DNA of 64,000 nucleotides from contig CM097884.1 of NCBI GenBank assembly GCA_044892505.1, positions 5,146,001-5,210,000 of the forward strand, given 5' to 3'. Positions 47,419 to 59,639 of the stretch are shown piece after piece (the stretch's first letter is position 1; the number at the start of each line of letters is the position of its first letter). The position numbers were made by a program, and so were the translations under genes. The DNA is from Schmidtea nova. Its lineage: Eukaryota. Under the pieces are notes generated by a model. That model ran no database searches and was not told where the DNA came from. It was given only the letters and a program-made list of their open reading frames with translations.

Positions 47419-49015
47419 TTAGTTTAAGAAGTTGTAGATACTTTTAATTGGGCTAAGACACAGAGTTATCTGCTTTACTTTGCAGCTTTCTCCAATGACC
47501 AAGTTCAATCGATGACTGAAGCAATGTACGTAAGTAACTAAAGGAAATTGATGGCGAACTATTGCCGAAACGCCTAATTTCTCTCCACTCATCACTATTG
47601 CTCCATCTAAGCCAATTCCTCGACACTTTTCCATTCGTAGCTTCATCGTTTTTGCTCCGCTTAACAATGAGTCAGTAAGTCCTTTGTCAGTGACATCGCC
47701 CAAATCTGTGAGCATTAAAACGCTTCAACAATATTTCCGTCATCAATGTCGATGAAATGGAGTCCAATCGACATTTGTTCTATTCCGGAAACATCCAATG
47801 ACTCGTCGGCAAGAATAGAGAAGAATTCAGACTTTTTCACTTTCTGAAGAATCTTCGTCAACGCAATCACATTCATTATGACGATTATTTCGTTCTGCAT
47901 TGTACTACTTAAGTAGGTAGCATTTTTCGGCGAACTTTCTAATGCATTCCGGAAAAACTCGTCCCTCGAAGCAAGAAGTCTAATCAGATTTCTGAAGTTT
48001 CCGTCGTTGAAGATCTCACCAGAATCTCTGTGTCCTCGGAACGGTAACGACTGTCGAGCGAGATAATTGATGGTGTCAAAAATTCCTTTCAAAAGAACAA
48101 AATTCTGCTTTCGTTCAAGTTCTTTCTGCCTCGTCAACAGTCTTTCAATGGTTATTTCAGGATTTTTGTTGATAACATGAAGAGTTTTTGCTGTTTTAAT
48201 TGATCGTAAATGGTACGGCGCTTTTGCATGGTCAGTGAAAGTTTCCCGGCACTTTTGGTAATTCTTGAAAGGTGTATTGACAAGCAGTGATCCAACTTGA
48301 TCTCCGATCGCAAAGAAAAATCAAAATTTGCAGTAAAATCCACCTCCTGCAACCGAGTAAATCAGCCAATCAAACTCGCCCAACCAGTGATAACTAAATT
48401 TCCGCTTCGTTGAACCTTTCATTACTGTTGGGAAACTAAAGTGATTTGGAGGATTCTTAAGCTTGCACAAAGCATCTATTTTTTCGTTGTCATTTAATTG
48501 AGATCGCCGATAAGACTATATCATCATCTGGGTTTTGACAAGCGCTGCGTTCCTCGTTCTGTTCATTTTCTTCCTCTTTGTCTGCCACTGGTAAATCGAC
48601 GTTATGTCCAGAATCGTTTTTCTCTGTAACAACTTTTGGTGTCTTAGCAAAAAAACTGGAAAGCGAACTTTTATGATGTCTCTTCATAGCTTTAAATCAA
48701 TTAAATAATTAAATATTCAATACAAGTGAAGAGAGAAAATATAGTTACTGTTTGCTAAACAATGACGAAATATGAGACTAATTTAATCGAACACTAACTT
48801 AATATTGTACAATTATGAGGCCTTTATTGAACTTTGAAAATTTGAATAGGTGAAATCCGTTAGGACAATCATCAACCTCAAAAATTTCAGAAGTTTCTTA
48901 GCTCAATTTAATGTCTTATTAAAGGAGAGTTTTGCCAAAACCCTAGCGATTTCAATCATTTCGTCTGGAAAGCAAGGGTGCAAATGTACCCTTGCACCCC
49001 CTGGCTACGCACTTG
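47419..49015 (-). mobile_element. hAT transposon 5' half (ZMYM1/52-kDa repressor-like)
   Basis: Terminus CAAGTGCGTAGCCAGGGGG at 49015; LPFRGH, GNFRNL, FFSILADESLDVSGIEQMSI, GLDGA, YVHCFSHRLNL; truncated by the PLE. Confidence 0.85.
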
Positions 49016-49079
49016 AACCTGACCTCGATCAATCAACGATCTTGCTATTTATTGTGTAATTATGATGCCATAGCTTGCG

Positions 49080-49240
49080 TGCTATGTGACAGGCCGTAAA
49101 GTATTATGTAATAACTACATAACAATGTATATTGTATCACCCCCGAACAGTATATAATAGCTATGTAATCATGTAACAGGTGATTATATAATATACACCT
49201 GTGTGGTTAGTGGTTCAGACCTGACATATCCTCCTAGTGT
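49080..49240 (+). repeat. LTR-like dispersed repeat, homologue of 46060-46270
   Basis: See 46060-46270; no TSD found. Confidence 0.5.
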
Positions 49241-49894
49241 TATATAATAAGATATATAGTGATATATAATCAGAACTTCACTTGCTTATAAACGTTAAAT
49301 AAGAAATTAAAATATTTTTGCCATTTCTACTCGACACAATCCTTTATAGTTTGGTGATGATAATTTTCAAATGTGTACAAAAATTTAAAAATAAAAAGAA
49401 TCTTATTTTAACTGCTATTTTTATATCTTCATGAAAAAATTCTAAACACATAAAAAACAAATATCTAGGATAGAGTTCTCGTACACTCACATGCGCCAAC
49501 TTTCAAAATTAAAAAATACGTGACTGATATTAAATATTAATGTTTTAATACAAGTTATAAATTTATAACTTTTAAGTGTCTTATTTCAAAATAAAAGAAA
49601 TTCGGGAGTCTAAGAATTTTTCGGCCTTACTACGTATATAGATTTTAAAAATAGTTTAAATGAGTTTGCAATATTTTTCTTTGATATTCGATTAGAGATC
49701 ATACTGAGATCGTTAGGCAAATATTTGGAATAACGTCTTTCTGCCCTTAAAGATAAGTTTGATAAAGTTGGTAATCAAGTACAAGTGTGCCTAGGACATT
49801 CGAAAACATTAATTAGAATGCGGAGCACACTCTCATATTAAATTCGTATAAATTAACCGAGATAATCAATTTATAAATCATTCTTAAAAGTACA

Positions 49895-50059
49895 TTACTC
49901 TTTTTCCTTGCTTAACAAACTAAAGTCCTTTGAATGTTCATTTTTCTGCATGGCCCAAGTCTGCAATTCCCCGGAACCGAATATAAGATAGAAAATTGCG
50001 CCTGTCACGTAGATAATGGAGCACACGAAGAACACGATTCTCCAACTGTTTACGTCATT
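49895..50059 (-). CDS. slc17: SLC17-family transporter, terminal coding exon
   Basis: TTTAG|NDVNSWRIVFFVCSIIYVTGAIFYLIFGSGELQTWAMQ...KEKE*; W..VF and SGELQ.WA motifs of SLC17; phase 0 matches the previous exon. Confidence 0.9.
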   Translation of the reverse strand, partial: NDVNSWRIVFFVCSIIYVTGAIFYLIFGSGELQTWAMQKNEHSKDFSLLSKEKE

Positions 50060-50689
50060 CTAAATTAACCGAAATATACAATCAATCAAAGAATTGCAAT
50101 TTGACGTTTTTATTGTGTATGTAACGTAAATATTTTATACAAATCAAATGGAAATTTTACAGCTTGAAAACTTTATTCAATTTATTGCATAAATATTTTA
50201 GAGGTCAAATTGTTCAATGGAATTGGACAGAATTCGTAGAAATCGATATTTTAATTATTCTTTTATAAATCCTTGATAATAAACCAAATAAAAAAAATGA
50301 GCTACTAAAAGCTAAAATTTTTCTTTTTCTCACTTTTAATCTTTAATTTACGATTTTGTTTATTTTAATTCTTTCAAACTATAGATCAAAATGTTTTCAA
50401 TTTAACGCGAATTTTTATCTATAATAAGCAATACCACTATTCAGAAGCACAATCAAATTTTATAAAAGACAAGAAAAGGTATTCATTGACCACTTAACTT
50501 ATCAATTAAAAATGAAGACAATAAAAAATCATTTTTTTTACATTTACATTATTATTATTATGAGTTATTATTAAAATGAAAAAATACATGTAATTTCATT
50601 AATTTATTATATAAAATATAAAATAATTTTATAATATAAAATAAAATAAAAATATGTATATTATTACATAATATAATTTGCTATGTAAC

Positions 50690-50902
50690 AATGTCTGTCT
50701 GTTCGGATGTAACGCTTTTAAAGGGCGCTGATTGACCGATTTTTCAAACGGAAAACTTGCAAATTCTTACACATGCGTTTGACTATGATTGTTTTGATGA
50801 CTCAATAGCATTCACCCAAAATATTATTGAGAACTTTTGAATTTAATTTTTGGTTTAGATAAATTTTGAAAACGTTCGTCATTTTTGACGGGATATCGCT
50901 AG
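50690..50902 (+). mobile_element. Short non-autonomous Helitron
   Basis: TGTCTGTCTGTTCGG..GACCGATTT 5' region; 3' hairpin CGTCA-TTTT-TGACG followed by CTAG|T. Confidence 0.6.
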
Positions 50903-51970
50903 TATATACTAAAAAAGTATCACTTTTTCAGCATAAGATTATCATGAAAATAAATTTGCATAACCAGAAATTTAATAACATTAAATAAATTCAGTAGTGC
51001 CCATGTTAATCCCAGATACTCGATAAAATGGAATTTTTACTAAATTAAAATTTATCTTTATATCTTCTATAAAAAGGAACCCATAAAAACAAGTTTTAAT
51101 GTAACTCTTTCTTTTTCTCATGTTCTCGGTTAATTTTACTGTTGTTTCATTGTTTGGTAGTTTCTTGGCAACAGTAAATTGAAAAATCACATTGTTTCAA
51201 AATTTTTCAATTTTTCAATGGAATAATTTATGGGCCACCACGAGTCTGCTCGCAAATTTTCAGATCGATTGGATATCGGGAAGTGGGTAAAAATCGATCC
51301 AAGGTTTGACAAGAAAACAAACAGAAATTGGAAGTTAAAAGAAAGAGTTAAAAAAACTATTGGATTGGCCAATAATAAGAAATATTGGGATTTAAAGTAA
51401 TAAATTAAAACAATTTTTTTCAAATAAAATTTTTTATTATATTATTTAATTATTTTGATCCTTGAATTTTTTTCTATCTTGTAGGAGGCTTTACCTCCTT
51501 CCAAGGATTTGCAGTTTTTGTCGGCAAAAAAAATCTTGAAATAGAAATTTTGTAAGCTTCTAGATAAGGGGCCACGTTAAAAATTCTTTCTGCAGTTTGT
51601 ACTGAATTTTACTTTTGCAAAAATTAAAAAAATTCATTAACAAGTGATAATGCTTATTTTCAAATTATAAAATTTAAACTTGATTTATTCACTTTCATTT
51701 CTAAATTTAATTTCCTTTCTAAACTACTTTTGTTCATTGTTCACAGTTCTGTTAAAGAAAACCTCGGGAAATCTGCTAACTAAAATCTACTAACTAAAAA
51801 AGCGTTAGCTATCAAAGAAATATAAGCACTTTCATCGGGGATATTTAACAGCGAATATTTATTACCAACCATAAGAAATTTGCTCCATTCCAAAGACAAA
51901 TCTTTGTAGATGTAATTGAAGGAACTTTATTTGAAATAAAAACAGTTAAAAATAAAAACTAAAAATTTAC

Positions 51971-52212
51971 ATTTTTGGTAACCGCTCCAACAAAATAGGA
52001 GGAAAAGAATCCGGTAAATGCCCCGAGTGTATTAGTGAGTCCGAAAAGAAGACCGGCATATTGTGGAGCGATATCCACATGATTGACAAAAGCACCTACG
52101 AAAAGTGCAGACGTAGCAGACAATCCGATAGTTAGCAAAAGAACTGCCAGATATCGACTTTCGCATTTGAGATAGGCAAGAATTATGACTACCAAGCCGG
52201 GCGTCAACATGC
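51971..52212 (-). CDS. slc17: SLC17-family transporter, internal exon
   Basis: CCAG|GC ATG..NHVDIAPQYAGLLFGLTNT..VTKN|GTAAA; 242 nt, phases consistent with neighbours. Confidence 0.92.
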
Positions 52213-53030
52213 CTGGAATTACAAATTATTACTTATATCACTGATTTGCACAATCTTGAAATTCAAAAATCAATATGAACAAAAAGGAAATACGAAAATT
52301 AGACATTTAATTTAATTTTTTATTTCTTTTGATTATTTTAGATTTGTAAAATATTTTAAATTCTTCACCATTAATAGATTACTTTCAATTTTTTTCTCTG
52401 CATTTTCATAAGACAATTTATCAATAAATTCTACAAATTCAAAGTATACACAAATTTTTAGCACAGCCATTATTAATTTTACGTTTTTTAAATAAATAAT
52501 AAATAAACAATATATAACCATTTATTATATTTTAGATAAATTTAAAAGAAACAAAAACTTGTTTGCAATTATATAAGTCCTAAATATTAATGAAACAGGA
52601 ATTTTTTTATAAAAAAAGATTTGAAATCTTGGTAATAAATTTTAAAATTCGTTTTGTAAACATTTGCATTTAATTTCGGCCATTTCGACTGTGCCACCTT
52701 TTTACTCTTTCCAGTGATCATATAATTGCCGGATTTGTATGCTTTTTTAAAGTTTATTTCAAAAGTGTTATGTTTCATATAACAGTTAGATTCTAACTAA
52801 TAAGCTTCAAGTTTTTTAAACGAAAAATCGAGCTTTTAAAAGAAAAAAGTACTAGAATTATATGAAATTAAAAAAAAGATTTAATAGCGCATTTTCAAAA
52901 TATTTCGATAATTTTTTTTAAAATTGGACATGTACGCAATGTTTATATTTATGAATGGTCTAACCGATCGTAGCGAGACGAAGAAGCACTGAAAAAATTA
53001 AATATTAAAGTACAAAGTATAATTTAAATG

Positions 53031-53845
53031 TGTTGGGATTACTATTAAAACCATAAAAGTAAAATCCAAATGCAATAAATAAAGTGCAAATCAAAAAAAA
53101 TATCAAGATAATTAAAAATGCAAAAATTAATTAAAATTTATCAAAAACCATAAAATAATATTCATGGAGGAAATGGGTATAGTTGAACGAAAAATCAAAA
53201 GACGAATCCGATAATAATAATAAAAATTGATTGAGGGGTCCCCATAGAAGGTTATATTGAAAAAGCAAATTAATTAAAATTAATCATTTGCTCAATGGGA
53301 AGCCCAAGTGATGAGGAAAACTTGGAGCACAGAAAAACCCGAGAGATCATAGGTGGGAAATCGCACAAAACAATTAAAGATAAAACCCACCCGGGCGCTA
53401 GTGAGGGATGGACAATTTAATTTGTTATTGTACAAAGATTTCCTAGATATTTTATATAATTATCTACTCGATAATGGTATTAAAAGAGCGCGAAAAAGAA
53501 ACGAGCCGCTAGTTGGTCGAAAAGAGTCCAGATAAATTATTGTGTTGAGGAACTTTAAAGGAGGTAAAAAGCAATTATAATAAAACTTTATTCAATTTAA
53601 CGTAGCAGAAAAGGAGATTACCCCTTGGGTTGTCTGACTTAACGTTAAAATAAATTAAATAATGAAAGAAAGTGCAAACTATTGGAAAATTGTAAATTGT
53701 TATGATTTAATAAATTGGAATAAAAGACGAATTTAATTTGTTGTGACATTTAAATAAAAATTTTCTGTGTTGCGCATTATTGATCTTGATATAAATAAAA
53801 GGACACGGGGAGTCAGAATTTGAACCCATTTGAAATAACCCAACA
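53031..53845. mobile_element. Solo LTR (815 bp) in SLC17 intron
   Basis: TGTTGGG...CCCAACA termini, GGAGTCAGA motif near the end as in 17727-18724; TSD imperfect (AATG/AATA). Confidence 0.55.
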
Positions 53846-54551
53846 AATACTTTTAGCGAAATGAGAAGCAGTGTTGTATTTCATTTTTAAATTTGCATTT
53901 TACAAAAAAAAACCTTTTTTTTACAGTTAAAAATTTATTGTTACATCTCGGTTATCGTTTGNNNNNNNNNNNNNNNNNNNNNNNNNNNNNNNNNNNNNNN
54001 NNNNNNNNNNNNNNNNNNNNNNNNNNNNNNNNNNNNNNNNNNNNNNNNNNNNNNNNNNNNNNNNNNNNNNNNNNNNNNNNNNNNNNNNNNNNNNNNNNNN
54101 NNNNNNNNNNNNNNAAACAAAAGATAACCGAGATGTAACAATAATATAATGTATAAATATATAATTTCGTGTTAAATAAACAAATGAAAAGAAAAATAAA
54201 GTGAAAAGAATACAATTTTACTTATTTTTTAAAATATATTTCTCTTGAACAAAAAAAAAATTTAAAATATGCTAATTTTCTTTGAAAAGAATTTATAGAA
54301 TAAATTCCTATTTATAAAAATAAAACCAGCAAACTATTAAATTATGTAAAAATAAATATAATTTGACACAACAGTAACAGAATGCTGAAAAACCCCAAAA
54401 GAAAGTGAGAGTTAAATAAAAAATCCAACTACAATAAGTGATTTTTACTAATAAAGTTAGCAAAAGACTGGCATTCAAAACCCGGCTGACTGAGATTCGG
54501 AAAAATGATGAGCAATATAACGAAATAGAAAATACAAGAGGAAATTGTTAC

Positions 54552-54684
54552 CTATGCAATTCATTAATTTACGTATTCTTGTTACTGAGAGAATTTTTCG
54601 CTTCTGAAAAATATCACAGAGTATTGCAAAACATATTTGGCCAATACCCATCCCAATATATGGAGCTGCCGAAACGAATCCATT
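54552..54684 (-). CDS. slc17: SLC17-family transporter, internal exon
   Basis: TTTAG|NGFVSAAPYIGMG..RIRKLMNCI G|GTAAC; 133 nt. Confidence 0.9.
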
Positions 54685-54734
54685 CTAAATACACCGAATG
54701 TGATTAAAAATTATATCCACATTAGACAGCTAAC

Positions 54735-54884
54735 TTGAGACAAGTTGAATTTCAGCACTTCTTTCATATAGGTAGGGGTGCTCGTTATGAATGTATACCC
54801 ATTCCAGTCAAACGTGATATTTATTACGGCAATTGCCCAAAACGGTTTTGAAGTAGCAATTGACTTCCATGGCAAATCACACAT
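54735..54884 (-). CDS. slc17: SLC17-family transporter, most 5' exon confidently found
   Basis: GACAG|MCDLPWKSIATSKPFWAI..TPTYMKEVLKFNLSQ|GTTAG; 150 nt; 50-bp intron to the next exon. Upstream exons were not located. Confidence 0.9.
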
Positions 54885-55287
54885 CTGTCAAATATTTTTA
54901 TTAACAATTTATATACAATTTAAAACTATTCACAAATAAAATATTTAGAAAATGTTACTTATTATTCTAGCAAAGGAGTCCGTCACTAAACAATAGAGTA
55001 AGCCCTAAGATATTTATTTTAATAAAAGGTTAGACTTTCTTGTAAAAAGAATCCAATTTATTAGCATTATTCATATATCTTAGACATCACTAGTGATGTC
55101 AAGGCTGGGTACGTTTTACTAGATATGGTTTTATGGCGTTCGTCTGAATATTTGTGTCTCTTCCCGCAAATCGGCATTAATCTGGGTGGATTACACCATT
55201 GTCATTTCCAATAAATATATGTTGTGTACACTGAGCATATTCATATATTAATAATTATCATTAAAAGTAAAAGATTATATGCTATAT

Positions 55288-55515
55288 CAAGGCTGGTCAA
55301 CCCAAATTGCACCAATGGCCGTACATAAATAAGAATAATAGGAAAACTTTGCTCTAATCATTCTTTCTGGCTTTATAAATAATTTTTGTACTTTTCATTT
55401 TTTATGATAAATTTGAGGGGACAACTAGATGTTAAACGAAAACATGTAATGAACGAACAACAAAATATATTGGTATGGTTATAAATATAAGAGTGCCGTG
55501 GGTTGGCCACTCCTG
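55288..55515. mobile_element. 228-bp hAT-type MITE
   Basis: Imperfect TIR CAAGGCTGGTCAACCC / GGGTTGGCCACTCCTG with exact 8-bp TSD TGCTATAT. Confidence 0.85.
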
Positions 55516-55639
55516 TGCTATATAATTTTCATCTATTTAAATTTAATTCTTGTTTTGAACTGCCTCCAATGATGCCAGTAAAACCACCAACTATTTTAAA
55601 TTTTAAAGTTGAGCAGATAAAATAAATATTTTATCCCTT

Positions 55640-57700
55640 AACGATAAAATTATAAATGAGTGGTGATGATGAAGGAAATACGTTAGCTAGTTGTAGCAGC
55701 ATGTCTACGGACAACCCACTTCATCAAAATGCCAAGCCATAGTATCAGCAGGCTTCCTATGAGGAATGGATGACAGAAAGCGAACTGAAGGACTAGATAA
55801 AGTCGGATTCTGGTAACCCTTATGCTGGGATTTGTTCTGTCTGTCCATGTACATTAATTAATGACAATGAAAATGTATCATTTACACACAAAACCACATA
55901 AAAGCACATGAAAAAGGTCAGAACCAAAAGTCTGAAAATTAACAAGGTTTTTAGCATATTGAATGAACTTTGTCTTCAAGACAAAGATAGTGTTTACAGC
56001 TTTCATGACAGATTAATGCGCCAACTGATCATTTTACAACAATGCTCATTTTAAGATGCTTGAACTAATAAAAATTTGTAAAAATCAAAAGTTTTTTATA
56101 ATCATCATTGAAAATACATATCTGTACGAGTCAGAAATTAGAAATTTTAGTGAGATTTTGAGACAAAAAACAAGATAAGTAGGTGATTCGCTGTTAGACA
56201 TCACTAGACTGAACAATGTGGAAGGTTTTCACTTGTTTACAGCCGTTAAGAAGTTTTCGTACAATTGTAATCCAGCGGGGTAATTTCATAGGTTTGCAAC
56301 AGAAAAATGTGCCTCTGTGATGAGAGCTGCAAATGTTTTCAAGCACAGCGGAAGAAAAAGATTCCACGTGTATTTATCCTTGGCTGTGTTTGCCATTCGT
56401 TTAAATTTTGAGTAAATTCTGTCAACAAACGACTATCATCTTGTTTTGAAGTTTTCATAAAATATGTCTACTTCGATTTCATGTAGTAGTAAAAATAATT
56501 CCAGTTCTATTTATTACAAGATGCAGTTCAGGCCCAGAAACATAAAGTGTTGAGTTTGTATGGAACGCGTTAGTTGTCCCATGAAGCAGTCCTTGAGAGG
56601 ATCCTCGAACAATGGAATGTTCTGCAATTATATTTCCAATCTGACGCTTCAGTGGACAAGGTGGACTGCGGAGTAAATCCTGCAAACAATGAACAGTATT
56701 GACACGAATCACTTGTTATTATTTACCAGCAGCATACGGAATGAAATAAACGTTAAAGTGTATACAAGTATAACGAAAGAGTATTGTTTACTTCTCAGTC
56801 TGTCTATTAAACAGGAATTATTGCAGTATTCAAATTCCTGCCAACCTTGATCCATTGATGTACAAAACACTAGAACACATTGAGCTGGGTGGAAGATGGG
56901 AAGCAGTTATTCCGACAACCGTTAGCAGATGATGAATACCAGTTTCATAAGGCAGTATTGACATTCTTAATATAACTTTGTACTCAAATGCGACTCAGGT
57001 TTCCAGTTAATCAAAACAGTGTTCTGGCGTAAATACAGCTGTTAGATAAAAATACGAATTCTCGAAATGATGAAACGTCCTATAATTCGATTAGCAGCAC
57101 AGTTCCCAAGAGTTGTTGCAGTAGGGAACCTTGATCCTCTGTCTGATCAATGGCGAAATACCAAAAAGATCTTGGACATTTGATGGATGAGGATCTGTGT
57201 GCATTCTAAATGGGATTGCTACAAATAGCAGATGCTAATAACCAAAGAGGATTTATTGTTTTATAGACCTGAAGTGCACACTTATGTCACTTCCGCAATC
57301 CTCAGCTTGCATTTAACGAGTATCCTCAAAGGTTAACATAGCTAAAACCAAACAATCCAACAAGCCTTTGTGTGAAACAGTTTCCAGTTGAATACTAGTC
57401 CAGCAAGTAGCTGCCAAAGATGAAGTTGGTTTTAAGTTTAATACTAGCAAAATACGTACGTCAAGGACGTTGTCGACTGTGATATGTAAAGACTATTGAA
57501 TTCCATAATTCTCAAATTAAACGTTGTCAATTCCAGCATGTAATTTTAATGAAGATGAAAAAGTAGTTTTTCCTAAAAGCGCAACAAAATTACAGTAATT
57601 TATCCATGAGTTTCTAAATGCAGTTTAATTCTAACTAGAAATTGACTGCATTTACCTTTGAGCTGACAGCCCATTTCTCATATAATTACGGTAACTTCCT
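55640..57700 (+). mobile_element. Heavily decayed hAT transposase (ZNF862-like)
   Basis: EEWMTESELKD*IK..GICSVC; CVCHSF; LPQSSACI*RVSSKVNIAKTKQ; many stops; boundaries approximate. Confidence 0.6.
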
Positions 57701-58019
57701 CCAGAACCCATGTTATGAAACTATAAATATTTTGCTAAATTTTATTTCATTAAAACTTTAGATTATCCATTAGATTATCCTTATAAATTTATAATTGAAA
57801 ATTTTCACTCAATAAAATTTTACATTAAAAGCTNNNNNNNNNNNNNNNNNNNNNNNNNNNNNNNNNNNNNNNNNNNNNNNNNNNNNNNNNNNNNNNNNNN
57901 NNNNNNNNNNNNNNNNNNNNNNNNNNNNNNNNNNNNNNNNNNNNNNNNNNNNNNNNNNNNNNNNNNNNNNNNNNNNNNGACTTTAGATCAAAATTTACAC
58001 AAAATTTACATCAAAATAC

Positions 58020-58052
58020 ACACTTGATAAAGGCTGTGCCGAAATATTGTGT
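58020..58052 (+). ncRNA. Minimal type I hammerhead ribozyme motif (U3-A8 variant), best-preserved copy
   Basis: ACAC-TTGATAA-A-GGC-TGT-GCC-GAA-ATAT-T-GTGT: stem I ACAC/GTGT, stem II GGC/GCC, palindromic ATAT in place of stem III. Confidence 0.65.
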
Positions 58053-58963
58053 TATTGTTTATAAAAAAAAATTTTGATCTATAGTCATTATGAGAATTAT
58101 TGATAATAATAATAAAAAAAGATCAAAGGTGAAAAAAGATAATTATGATATTATTATTATTAATCTTAGATATGTTGTGTGTTTGCTATTGTTATTGTGT
58201 TTCTGGCGTTTCTTATTGTTGCGTTTATTGTGGTATGGTTCGTTAAGGAAGTATTTTTTACAAATTTGTAAAAAGAATTTGTAAAAAATACTTCCTTAAC
58301 GAACCATACCACAATAAACGCAACAATAAGAAACGCGAGAAACACAATAACAATAACAAACACACAAAATATCTAAGATTACATTTCTTAAATGACACTA
58401 CAGCCAAAAAAATCAGAAACATTTTTAAGCAAACAAATTTGCCTATCCACATCCGTCCAACGTTCATAACCTCCGCACCGTTAAAATCACAACTCCGAAA
58501 GCCACCAATTTCCAATATCTCCAAACATAAATGTCTTTGCCGTTCCACAACCCGATGCTTTTGCTTTTCAAAAAATATAGTACATAAACTTTCTTGTCAA
58601 TAATGTGACGCTACTTACATAGGAGAAACACATTGAACTTTTCGAACTCGACTTAATGAACAAATTAAAAACAAAACCAGTAATAATTACGAACACCGGG
58701 AAAAAGTACATAAAATAACTCCATCTATAGAAGAAACAAAATGACAGATTCTACAAGAGGGATTCAAAAATTCATTACAAAGATTAGCTTCAGAGACTTT
58801 TTGCATCAAAAAATACAAACTGTCCATCAACATTCAATTCGCACAAAAAATCGTGTTTAAAAAAAAATTAAAATAAATTTTTTTTCATCCAATAAAATCA
58901 TTATAAAATATAAAATAATTAAGGTTAGTATTTAGGATTAAGTTAATATAACGATTGTAATAC

Positions 58964-58996
58964 ACACTTGATAAAGGCTGTGTCAAAATATTGTGT
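58964..58996 (+). ncRNA. Hammerhead motif, probably inactivated (G12 to A)
   Basis: ACAC-TTGATAA-A-GGC-TGT-GTC-AAA-ATAT-T-GTGT. Confidence 0.45.
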
Positions 58997-59100
58997 ACTT
59001 ATTTAAAGGAATTTAGATCCATAGTCTTACCATTATGGTAATTATTGATATTAATATTAAAAAAGATCAGTGAAACAAAAAGATAATAATAATAATAATA

Positions 59101-59147
<47 letters not shown>

Positions 59148-59639
59148 TATTATTATTATTATAAAATGGTGATTCCCTGGTAGCAGCATTAAGTATTAAA
59201 TTAATTAATAAATAAGTAACAAAATAAGTCTTTGCTGCAAAAATAATATTATTAAGTGAGAAAATTTTCGATTATAAAATAATCCTCATCAATCTCTAAT
59301 TCGTCATATAACTGGTATCTTCATTCATTCTACTGTTTCCTTTTTCTTGAATTATCTTCCTTTTCATTGGATGTTAATCTGATTAATATAAATTTTAAAT
59401 TGTTTCTAAATGTTTTTTGTTAAAAATTTATTATAATTATTATAATTATTATTATATCTGAATTCAAATCATTGAGCTAAGTTCTAAATATTCAAAAAAA
59501 AGTGTTGATAACAATATTATATATAATGTTTATATATTTTCAAGCATTTAAAACTACATCGTGACAGTTTAAATTATTGGATCATTTATTTAGTATATAT
59601 TATTAAGTTGTCCGGAATTAAATGTCCGAATAATATATA

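Larger units (their letters stand above)
58011..59070 (+). mobile_element. Short Penelope-like element: pLTR, inverted segment, GIY-YIG, pLTR
   Basis: SKNIVHKLSCQ*CDATYIGETH*TFRTRLNEQ and PSINIQ; direct pLTRs start ACACACTTGATAAAGGCTGTG at ~58018 and 58962; ~105-bp foldback at 58162-58380. Confidence 0.82.

Noticed and set aside
53935-54145. 22-bp inverted repeat (TTATTGTTACATCTCGGTTATC) around an N gap
   Set aside because: Could be a MITE or fold-back, but the interior is unsequenced and a scaffolding artefact cannot be excluded.
55036-55078. Possible additional SLC17 exon (YMNNANKLDSFYKK)
   Set aside because: Phase fits the next exon, but splice sites are weak (AAG acceptor, GTCTAA donor) and there is no conserved motif.
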